The notes beneath the pieces were generated by a model. The model saw nothing but the letters and a program-made list of their open reading frames with translations, ran no database searches and was not told the DNA's origin. A stretch of 63,998 bases of DNA, the filler included, from Sanchytrium tribonematis (Eukaryota), in the NCBI GenBank assembly GCA_018985235.1. It is 16 parts of 16 records of this genome, joined end to end, with 100 filler letters (N's around TTAATTAATTAA, not from the genome) between each part and the next. Parts side by side here need not be neighbours in the genome. Positions count along the whole stretch, not along the records: positions 1 to 18,329 come from JADGIG010000116.1; positions 18,430 to 20,318 come from JADGIG010001180.1; 14 more parts are not named here. The stretch is one strand, 5' to 3'. The stretch's first letter is position 1. Every line of letters starts with the position of its first letter. This document shows positions 10,560 through 20,418 of the stretch, in pieces. The translations under genes were made by a program, and so were the position numbers.

Positions 10560-12161
10560 ACGACCAGGGTGTGAATAATATGAAAATAAATTCGAATTAT
10601 CACTCTCTTGTAAATTTTCCTCAAATTTCGACGTTTCATTTTGCCTTACACCAAATCCATTTCGATCTAAAACTGATTGTACGCCACTCATGATACGCTC
10701 ATCTAATCCAGTATAAGTAACTGTATTTAATGTGACTGATCGATTGTCAAATTCTTGAACAACATTGTTTACAATTTTAGTGGAATTTTCTTCAATAGCT
10801 GGCACTATTTTTTCCATAGATTGTTGAACGTGTACTAATTGAAATAAAATATTGGCATATGGTGGAATACCACTTGCAGTTAAAGTATCAGATTTAAAAT
10901 TGGAAACAGATACAAATTGAGACAGTTGCTGGATTCTATTTGAATCTCTAAATAATGGGGTGTGACGAAGTAAATGTGTTGGACTCATCTGAGCATTTAA
11001 GTAGTTATAGTGATGAACAAGTGATGCAAGAAAAAATTTTGCAATTTGAAATTGGGTTGGTGGCAAGTTTGGAAATGCGATTTCAATACTTTCTCTTAAT
11101 AAATTAGCTGGTGTATTTGCACTAAATTCAGGCGGCAGCTAAGCAAATTGATGTGAATTGTATGGCAAACCACTTAAATATCTACCAACATATCGATCCC
11201 CTGCTTCATGATAATCTGTATATGCATCTTGACTTCCACCAAGTGTCCAACCTCCTCTCAATAAAATCGCAGCTGATGATGGACCAATGGTTGTACCACT
11301 ACTACAATAAGTCTTTCCCCCTTTTCTAAATGAATGGGTTCCAATGTTCAAATTTACAAATTCATGATGATCACCTTTTAATTCCTCAATTTCCTTAAGA
11401 AGAATATTGGAAAATCGATTATATTGTGATCTACCATCAACTATTGTGAAACAAGAAAAATAAATTGCTAGTGACAAAATTGGACATAAGGGTGGATTTA
11501 AAGCATTACAATAAATATGTCTGGGATACCTAATTTGTTCACCAGTTTGATCCGTCTTGGAGTGCGCGAAGTATATTGATAAGCAATCATCTTGCCATTG
11601 CAAATGATTGAAACAGAGATGCACAGTATTGCTGCTTCTACACATCAAATTCCAACAAATTGATGCAAACGAGTGGGCAAAAATTGCATCACGGCTTCCT
11701 CTCAAAAACCATTTTTTTAATAAAATTCTATATGCAACATAATCAATCGCATCCTTTCCGCTAATTAGCCTGACACTTGAATTTACTGTGTGTTGAATAT
11801 TCACTCTCTTTAAACCATCGAATAAACTATTTAGTTGGATTTTAAATTCATCTGTTAGGCGAAACTGATAAATATCAAACAAAAATTCAAATGCTGATTT
11901 GTGAGCATCATAGGAGATTGTGCTTAAATACTCAGTTGAATTGTGTTTCCGCAGTTTAGACAACCAATAAACAAAAGCAGTTGGTGCAATTTCTTCCAAA
12001 TCAAGTGGCAGCCCATTTCGCAAATTAGAAATCCACTCTTTAACTTTATTTTTATATCGACGGTTGCTGTTACTATAATCAAAATATGCCTGTTCTCTTT
12101 CTGCATCATTTTCATATTCTACATCGTCAAATTGGTGTAATTCACTATCCAAAATGTCCAA
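10560..12161 (-). mobile_element. Crypton-like tyrosine-recombinase transposon ORF, one in-frame TAG, 3' end truncated
   Basis: WNLMCRSSN (R), HSKTDQ (K), GTHSFRKGG (HxxR), RGGWTLG..DAY (W,Y). ORFs 11139..12161 and 10446..11066 are in the same frame across a single TAG (HQFA*LPPEF). Confidence 0.8.
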
Positions 12162-12267
12162 TAGATCTGGATTGATTAAATTCGGTGATCTAAAGCAAAC
12201 ACGACAAGAAGATTTATTCTTCGGTGGTTAAATGTCAACACAAAGCCCACCAATTTAATCCGGCCGA

Positions 12268-12960
12268 TTAAGAGATGGAAGTGATGTTTTTTAGTAATTT
12301 GAGTAAATCAAATATTTGGGTTTCGGTACCATTTCTAAATATACTATAAATATAATTTTCATCCAATTGTTTATAATTGTTGGTGCATTCACCTTCAAAG
12401 TGAAATAGTGAGTCACATGGTTGCGAACACATTTTGCGATATCCAAGTTTACTGGGAAAGTGTCCCATAAGTATTTTCACACCTAGTTTACGCACGTGAT
12501 GTGTATAATTGTAAAAATACTTTTTCCTTAGTAATAATTGCAACAATGCAGATGAAATTGGCAAATTTGATGCTCTTTTGGCTTCATTGGTGTCCCACAT
12601 TTCCTTCAGTCTTCCTTTCTATTCTCGTGTGCAAGCGGCTCATATTTGTTCATGTTATCTGCAAGGGAAGTGTTATGTTTTAATAAATTTATATAAGAAT
12701 CTGGTGTATCTAAATCCACATTTTGAAGTTGTTTAATGGTATTTAATATCTGATTTTCAGACGAAATACGTGCTTTAGAGTATAGTTCATAAGCATTATG
12801 AAATTTGCGCAATAGTACATGGATTTTTCTTGTATTTGAAAAAATTTGCATTTTTGCGTATTGATTCGAGTTTCTCTAAGTGGTATCTGTCCCAAAGTGT
12901 AATTACGTAGCTGATAATGGATTCAATGACTCCTTTAGTAAAGAGAATTATTGCGTGGAA
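12268..12960 (-). mobile_element. 3' fragment of a LINE ORF2 (same family as 60438..62292)
   Basis: FHAIILFTKGVIESIISYVITLWDRYHLEKL aligns with FHGKPLFVKGVLESVIGYGISLWDHDKIYLLEKL, and YELYSKARIS..HNTS with EEIYHKCRIS..HNTS. C-terminal CSQPCDSLFHFEGEC zinc-knuckle remnant. Confidence 0.75.
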
Positions 12961-13360
12961 CATGTGCTAAATAGTAGCCTGCACAAAACAAACTTGATAA
13001 AGATCCTCAATAATATCCAGAGAAAGTGTATGCCAGCGACTTGATCTGCAGTCTTCATGAGTGAAAACGCAATAAATAATTAACAAAAAAGTCAATTAGT
13101 AAGTTACCATGTTGTTTCATCCAATTACGGGTGTAACGAGCATTATGACAAAACAAGACTAAAAAGAATTTGGCAGTAGGTAAACTGATATAATTTGCGT
13201 CTAACAGTAGTTATAGGTTCTAATCCGAAAAAACTGAAGCATTTGCTAAATTTTGTTCCATATTTAAGGCCTTGTTTTCTCCTAAGGTGCACCATAAAGT
13301 AACCTTAAGAGGCAAACTTCGGGTACCGAAAATATAGTGCACTTTAAAAAATCTGGATCT

Positions 13361-13606
13361 TCAGAAAGAATATGTAGCAGAAATAATACGTAGCATTTGG
13401 GTTGCAAAACATACACGCTGGTCTCTATGTTGCTGTGCAATTACAATGCCATATTTGCGTTGATGTTTATTAAAGTTTTTTCCCTCCATATATCGTTTTA
13501 AAGTCTGGTAACAAAATGGAAATCCGTGTTTTTGCAATTTGCTACAGCGATCACGAAGAGAGTCTTTTGGATGCATTTCCACAGGTTGCTTAATATAAGG
13601 CCCCAT
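13361..13606 (-). pseudogene. Tc1-like transposase N-terminal fragment
   Basis: QTLKRYM..IAQQHRDQRVCFA resembles the Tc1 HTH/linker (TIxRxL...LTxxHKxxRLxFA). No catalytic part seen. Confidence 0.45.
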
Positions 13607-14305
13607 TTTTTAAGACCTGAGCCAAAATACAAGAACTATGCCGCTGCAAATAACGAAAATTAAATTTTTGAAAAGAATTTGTTGGTATTGCCTGATTTGC
13701 AAATTTCCAATTCATTTGTTATTTTAAAATGAGTTTGAATTTTCATGGTTTAAAGCAGTCGCCATGACTGCATTTAATTGTGTTTTTAAAATAGAAGAAA
13801 ATAGTTTACAATATGGTGATATTCGTTATTTTGTTGATAATGGTCGTGAGAAACTAACTGTCAATTATTGATAAAAAATGTTTAAATTATTGTGAAAGTG
13901 AATTTATAATTGGAAGATTTGCGTCAGAAAAAGTATCAGATCCAACTCCTTTTATTTTAAAATTTGGGGGATCTACATGTTTAACTAATGTGTCGCAGAC
14001 TAAACTGTTCAACATGCGAATATAGTTTGAAGTATGGTAATGCTGAAATGGTAATTGACTTAGTGGATGTTTTTGCAAAAAATTTTACACCAGATTCGTT
14101 GTCACTATAAATACAATAGTTTGAATGACGTTTTCCATTATTAACTAGATTATTTATGTAATGTATCCTCTGTCTCACCCTTCTGACACAGACAATGACG
14201 CTTTCTGACTTGCAAAAATCAATGATAAAATCAATGGATGCAAATACTTTGGACTAACTCGTGATCAAGTACGTAGCTTTTTAAAAAGATAAAGAAAAGT
14301 GGAAA

Positions 14306-14533
14306 TGTTCTGTAGTGGCAGACATTCTCAAGGTAAACAGTAAAAGGTATTTATTAATTCTCTTTCTCATTTTTATCTTTGCACGGATCACTTTGGCAAA
14401 TTTGATGATTCCAATCATCAATCCAAGTGATCCACACATCTTTATCTTGCCACTTATTTTCTAAATCGTCATTCTGAGTCATTTCATTTGATAAATTGCA
14501 GTGATTCACTTCCTTCATTTCCAAATCAGAACA
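14306..14533 (-). repeat. 3' LTR (228 bp), termini TGTTCTG...CAGAACA
   Basis: 7-bp terminal inverted repeat, PPT directly upstream on the minus strand, and 14304-14381 identical to 18252-18329. Confidence 0.85.
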
Positions 14534-17500
14534 CTCCCCCTGAATCTCTTCAATTTTAACCAATGAATCAGCGTGTGCGACTCTACTTCTTTCCTCATCA
14601 TCTTCCTGAATTCTAAATTGTTTGTCACGCACCATTTCAATAATTGTTGCCATTGTGGCAATTTCTGTCAATTTTAATTTGGTATTTGGATTGTAATACC
14701 ACACTCGATCACCCACTCCCAATTCCACTTTTCTCAATGACTTGTTCAATTTATCTTGTTGCACTGCTTTACTCACATTTAAATGTTTAATAGTGGATTG
14801 TCTGACATTTTGGTCAATCGGCATTCCACAGTACTTAGAATCCAATACAGTACTAATCATGGTCATTAATTCAATAGGAGTGTATCCTGTGTTGTATTTA
14901 GGGTTGTTATTAATCCACATGTTGGCCATTTGCACCTGGCACTCAAAACTCATTTCTGAATGTTGCAATCTTACTAATCTAATATTCTTCTTCGCAATGG
15001 CAATCGCACTCTCTGCATATCCATTTTCATGACTAATCTTTGATGTAGTGATTTCCCTCAGAATCCCACGAGTACTGCAGAAAGATGTCATAGCCCCTTT
15101 AAACTCGGATCCCCCGTCGTGAATCAATGTACGCATTTCTCCAAAGCATGACACATATTTTAATAGCCCTTGAAGTACATTCTCCGGTGTCTTGGCCATA
15201 ATTGGATGTAATATGGTCATTCCAGTGATAAATTCACGAATCACAACAATGTATTTAAAATCAATTTCTGCCTCGTGTACCTCCATTAGATTAATTCCAC
15301 ATTACTGATTGATAAATCTAGGCTTTCTAAATGTATATTTAGACTGTACTGGCCTAGATTTCATCTTGCAAATCTCACAATTTTTCACCATATTTTCAAT
15401 GTCATTCATTTTAGTATTCCAATGGTATTTCCTCAACAATATCTTCATTCCCTGAATACCTGGATGCGTGTAATGTGCTTTCTGGATTAGAGTCTTCCTG
15501 TGATCTGGATTACTGACTTCTCCAGTTGGCATAATCAAATTTAGACACTTTTTGCACTGAAACACCTCAAATTCCCAGTCCACACATGATTTGTGACTGC
15601 ACAACCCACATCTCGCACACTCCAACGGCAATACAGTAGCAGGGTTCTGACAATGGCAATCCATCTTGATTGGATCAGATTTTGATGTTTCTAGGATTTC
15701 AGGTCTCTCTTTGTTCTCCACTGGCTGGTCTCCCTCTTTCATTTCTAATCGTGCTCTTTTCTTGGAACGGCTCTCTACAGCATTACAATTTAAGTCATAG
15801 TCATCGACTCCATCCACATCTTCTGCATGATCAATTCTGGAAAGCATATCTGCCAATTGATTGGATGCACCAGCAATGTGGAATGCTTCATATTCATACT
15901 TTTGGATGGATTCAATCCATCTAAATATCTTGGGACTCTTCTTTTTTCCCATTCCTTGCAATAAATAGACAGCTGCTTGATTATCTGATTTGATGATTAA
16001 TTGTTGGATCCTAAATACTTGCCAAATTGATCCAATCCTAACTTGATGGCAAACAATTCACGCTCAAATGAATCCCATGAGTCCATGGAACTGTTCAATT
16101 TTCTAGAAAACAACCCAATGACGTTTCCACTTTGAAACAATGCTCCACCCACGCACGCACTCGACGAATCAACAAATAGTTCGCACTGCACTCCATCCAC
16201 AATGGTAGATATTTGTCGACGTGACGCTATTTCAATACATTGTCTCATTGCCAATTCTGCCTGGTCATTCCATTTGAATCTTGAACATTTCAACACGTCT
16301 CTAATTGGTTTTACAATGTCTTCAAAGTGGGAAATATACCCGCGTAACCAAGTAAGCATACCCAACAGCTTGTGAGTCTTTTTCTTGGAATCTGGACTTT
16401 TCAATGTGCTCAATTGAACCAAATATGATGATTTGGCACCAAATCCATCTCTAGATATCTCAAAACCACAGAAATCAATGACAGGCTGGCAGATTTGACT
16501 CTTTGACAATTTCAATACAATATTATACTCATTACATATCATAATCAGGTCCCGTATATCCTGAATATGCTGTATCAAATCATTGCTGTAAAGTAACAAA
16601 TCGTCGATGTATTGCAGCAGATTATCAATTGGGGATAACACGGTAGATATCGAGTGCTGGAAGATCCAGCCTGCCACACGCAGGCCTTGACCAAGTCTCT
16701 GTTGTAGAAACTGGCCAACTGTGGTCACAAAACTTGTAATTTTTGCTATGTCATTTGAAACAAGCAGCTGATGGTACCCATCCTCCAAGTCGAAACTTGA
16801 ATAGAACAGGTAACCAACAGCACGTCGAATCAAATCATCTATGCGGGGAATTGGCAGACCACTTGGTTTAGTGGCTAAATTTATGCGTCGATAATCCACA
16901 ACAAGTCTATACTTGTCTCCTTTCTTAAGTATAAATGCCGGACTGCTGAATCCACTCTCTCCTTTTACAATAAATCCTCTTGTCTGGTATTTCTCTAGTA
17001 TTTCATCCCGTGCCTTTGGAAATGTCTCATTAAATGGTTTTTGTCGCAGATTCTCTGGGTCAAAGCCATCTTTCAATTCAATATTGATCGGTGGTAGATT
17101 GATTGGCTTGCTTTTATCCACGTTATATTCCCTAAATATATTAAAAAAAATTTCCTGGTAAATTGGATCCAAATTGCAAACCAATTTTTTTAATGCTTCC
17201 TCGACATCTAACTCAATTGAAACATTATTCACCACCTTTTCTTTAGAATTAAGCATCAGTGAACAGTCAAAATGCTCAAACAACACATCACGACCAACAA
17301 TGGGTTGACGGGGGTAGCCCCCTTCTAACACAAACATTTTTGATTGAAATGGATCAAATGAATCCAATTCCATTTCCACTTCCACGAATCCCAATATACG
17401 CTTCTCTACACCACCGCAACTCACCTTGCCATGATATTCACTCATTTTCAATCCCAAATTGCCACAATGATTTTCGCTTAAAATGCTGCAGTTTGCACCA

Positions 17501-18273
17501 GTATCAAGCAACGAAGTAGTCAAATGACCATTAATGCGCAATTGGTAATAAATATCACTAATTTTTACTTCATCATTTACCACATTGTTGACTTCTCTTT
17601 TAAAATCACTGGCATCCCTCTTGCAATCCTTTTCCAAATGTCCTTTTCCTTTGCATTTATTACAGACAGTAGCCAATCGCACAGTACACGTCTTGGAAAT
17701 ATGTCCTGGCTGCTTGCAGAAATGACAAAACCCAGAAAATCCATTTGCATCTGATTTAGATTCACTCACCTTTTGATTCAATCTTTTTTCCACATCCAAT
17801 GCTGCTTTGCGAGCAATAGACCAACTCTCAAACTGAATAGAAATCAACACAATTGCAATATCATCTTTCAAACCGGCTTTAAAGTGATCAATCAAATTCA
17901 CTTCACTAATTTTTGCCACTTTTCCAAATTTTTGAATTTTATCAGCATATTCTTGCACAGTCAAATTCTCTTGATTTAACTGATAGAAATCCACTGCTTT
18001 AAAATCCAATATGTAACGAGACCCAAGCACTTTAACAAATTCATCATAACTCACCTTTTCGCCAAGCACGCTCATGGCGTATGCAATATGTTCTTGCTGC
18101 AAATTCTTCATTAACTCACGGAAATACATTCCTTCCGCAACATTTAAAGCAACAGCCAATGATGAAAATCCCTTATGCCAATCAACAAATGCCATTTCAT
18201 TGTGATTAAACTTATATTCCACAATGCATTTACTGGCATGTTCCGAAATAGAATGTTCTGTAGTGGCAGACAT
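14354..18273 (-). pseudogene. gag-pol polyprotein with a 1-nt frameshift (~16005) and an in-frame TAA (15302-15304)
   Basis: GS[K]QLIIKSDNQAAVYLLQG is restored by one base. NQ*CGINLMEV is in frame, and the first catalytic Asp position reads Asn. Start ATG 18273 (MSATTEH). Confidence 0.85.
14534..14551 (-). other. Polypurine tract (GAAGAGATTCAGGGGGAG)
   Basis: Purine-rich run on the minus strand abutting the TG of the 3' LTR. Confidence 0.75.
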
Positions 18274-18329
18274 TCTCAAGGTAAACAGTAAAAGGTATTT
18301 ATTAATTCTCTTTCTCATTTTTATCTTTG
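18254..18329 (-). repeat. Partial 5' LTR
   Basis: Exact copy of 14306-14381, ending at the contig break. Confidence 0.85.
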
Positions 18330-18429
18330 NNNNNNNNNNNNNNNNNNNNNNNNNNNNNNNNNNNNNNNNNNNNTTAATTAATTAANNNNNNNNNNNNNNN
18401 NNNNNNNNNNNNNNNNNNNNNNNNNNNNN
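18330..18429. other. Artificial contig linker N44-TTAATTAATTAA-N44 (first of 15)
   Basis: Identical 100-nt spacers also start at 20319, 22301, 24282, 26254, 28223, 30190, 32154, 34115, 52500, 54461, 56421, 58380, 60338 and 62293. Confidence 0.99.
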
Positions 18430-18748
18430 GTCAAGTTCCGTCATTTTAGAACAAAGGAGAAAATGTATACAAATTAATGGATATATTGCGGACTAGGTAA
18501 GTCGCTAAAAGCGAATCCAAAGATAGAATAGCTTTAATAAGTACATTGCAATTGTTTATTTATAAACCAACGGTCCTACGAAATATTCATACTAGGACAG
18601 AAAATGATTAAAAAATCAATTGACTCTTTTCAATTTTTTCTATATCTAAGTTTCGTCTCTGGATCTTTGAAGAATAATCTAAAAGAATTTTATTGTCAAT
18701 AAAGATTTTCTGCCAAGATAATATCTGTCATTTTACAACTAGGGGAAA

Positions 18749-19492
18749 ATGTACAAAAGTTCGTTAAAAATTATTAAACAGCTCAAAAATAGGAAAATCG
18801 CTAAAGAAAAAAAAGAGAATCACATCAAAAATATAACCAAAAAGGCCACTCTTGTTCATTCAAATCAGAAAAAAGATTATTTTTTGGAAATTATCAAATC
18901 AAGTGAACATATTCTCTTAGTCGGAGAGGGAAATTTTAGTTTTGCAGCATCCATCACTGATATGTATCCTCATAAGCATGTCATAGCTACGGTTTTTGAT
19001 TCAAAGGACATCCTAGCAAAAAAGTATCCAATGGCTAATGTAAACGCTGAAAAACTTAATAATCCTGTACAATATGAGATAGATTGCATCAAGCTTCACA
19101 AGACAAAATCTATAACGCAGGAATATTTTGATCTTATAATATTTAATTTTCCACATGTGGGCCAAGGTATAAAAGATCAATTCCATAATATCAAAGCTAA
19201 CCAAAAATTGCTGCGTGGGTTTTTTATGTCAATTAGAAATTTAAATAGACCAAATCTCATCATTTGCGTTACTCTTAAAGATCGTGAACCGTACACACTT
19301 TGGGATATTAAGCATATAGCAAAAACTTGTCGATTAATATGCAAAAGAACGTGTACTTTTTTCACGTCCACTTTTAGTGGCTACGAGCATCGAAGGACAA
19401 TAGGGTTTCAAGAAGGGCTCAGCAAGTCAAAAAATGAGGAATTAGGACAATGTAAAACTTATATATTTCAAGTTTGCAGCAATGAAGATTAG
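18749..19492 (+). CDS. BMT5: 25S rRNA uridine-N3 methyltransferase (DUF2431)
   Basis: ILLVGEGNFSFA, FDLIIFNFPHVG and GYEHRRT motifs. Confidence 0.88.
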   Translation: MYKSSLKIIKQLKNRKIAKEKKENHIKNITKKATLVHSNQKKDYFLEIIKSSEHILLVGEGNFSFAASITDMYPHKHVIATVFDSKDILAKKYPMANVNAEKLNNPVQYEIDCIKLHKTKSITQEYFDLIIFNFPHVGQGIKDQFHNIKANQKLLRGFFMSIRNLNRPNLIICVTLKDREPYTLWDIKHIAKTCRLICKRTCTFFTSTFSGYEHRRTIGFQEGLSKSKNEELGQCKTYIFQVCSNED

Positions 19493-19503
19493 GCGCAGCA
19501 AAT

Positions 19504-19815
19504 TTATTCAAAATATAGCCAATAAACAGCCAATACAACAAATTCCTCTGATATCCATGAAATTGATGCATACCCATCATAGTTCTTATCTAATAGGTAC
19601 TTGCTCTCAACTTGAACATTGTAGTGATGAAAATCACCTCTACTGACGTGTATAATAGTTTTGTATCCCTCAGGAAATATCTTATGCAATTTTTGAGACA
19701 AATCTGTAAGCACTTCTTTGGTAAGGTCTGCTTTAAAGTATTCACTCAGTAGTTGGTCTACTTTTGACTTAGAGATTTTCCCAACTGGTTCAATAGCAAA
19801 AGGTTTCACTGGCAT
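19504..19815 (-). CDS. Tctex-1 family dynein light chain
   Basis: GYKTIIHV...SKYLLDKNYDGYAS...AVYWLYFE; the C-terminal YFE is typical of TCTEX1D-type chains. Confidence 0.75.
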   Translation of the reverse strand: MPVKPFAIEPVGKISKSKVDQLLSEYFKADLTKEVLTDLSQKLHKIFPEGYKTIIHVSRGDFHHYNVQVESKYLLDKNYDGYASISWISEEFVVLAVYWLYFE

Positions 19816-19942
19816 ATTTCAAACAGTCTTGACCGAAATTTTTTAATAAATTGCATTATGAGAGTTTCTGTTCCTCAAGTTGGACATGGCAAAGAATTTC
19901 GCCACTCTGATTGTTTGTGGAACCAAAATCTCCTTCTAACTA

Positions 19943-20318
19943 ATGTCAGTCGTTGAGGTGATATTTGCAGTCTTGCTGGTATTACTTTCCATCTATTACC
20001 TTGCATTAGTCAAAAAGTATGGACGAGTCATTTATTTCAATTCAATATCATTAGGTTTCTTCCTGGGGTTTGCCTTTTTTAATAAGTGGTCTATCATTGC
20101 GACTATTGCAGCATTTGTTGCCATTTCTGCATTGCTACTGGCTGCTAGTAAAAGATATTCAATTGAAAGTTACATCAGTGCTCTGTTGGGGTCCCTTAGT
20201 TTAGTATTTTGGTTTTTAAGTTGGAGTTATCCTTGCATTTTCCGATTTGTTGGTCGTAGCATTTTGTTTATTATTGTCTACATTTTATTTGTGATATTAT
20301 CAAGGTACAGTCCAAAGA
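19943..20318 (+). CDS. Multi-pass membrane protein, 3' partial
   Basis: Several hydrophobic helices, open to the contig end. Confidence 0.55.
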
Positions 20319-20418
20319 NNNNNNNNNNNNNNNNNNNNNNNNNNNNNNNNNNNNNNNNNNNNTTAATTAATTAANNNNNNNNNNNNNNNNNNNNNNNNNN
20401 NNNNNNNNNNNNNNNNNN

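Larger units (their letters stand above)
14306..18329 (-). mobile_element. Ty3/gypsy-type LTR retrotransposon (gag-PR-RT-RH-PHD-IN), 5' LTR cut by the contig end
   Basis: Two CCHC knuckles, LLDTGA protease, YRLVVDYRRIN and YIDD RT, DSS/ERELFAI/SDNQ RNase H, HxxHPG..CEIC integrase Zn domain, HDGGSEF and NGYAE core. The PR-RT-RH-IN order is gypsy-like. Confidence 0.93.

Noticed and set aside
9086..12161. RT next to a tyrosine recombinase as a single DIRS-like or retron-like system
   Set aside because: The RT is LINE-type with an APE remnant, lies on the opposite strand and is far more decayed. These are two independent insertions.
14210..14290. KYFGLTRDQVRSFLKR on the plus strand resembling an integrase zinc-binding region (Ginger/Polinton-like)
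   Set aside because: Too short and degenerate to support a call.
11139..15304. In-frame TAG/TAA in the Crypton and gypsy ORFs as stop-codon reassignment or programmed readthrough
   Set aside because: Host genes terminate normally at TAA/TAG, and the elements carry other lesions (frameshift, Asp to Asn), so decay is the simpler explanation.
15287..15304. RIP-like CpA to TpA changes in the integrase
   Set aside because: Only two suggestive sites, no ancestral copy to compare, and the ORFs are not riddled with stops.
18252..18329. Exact 78-bp direct repeat suggesting a circular or head-to-tail element
   Set aside because: It is the start of the second LTR copy, where the assembler stopped. 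The length is consistent with a k-mer overlap, and the full LTR is 14306-14533.
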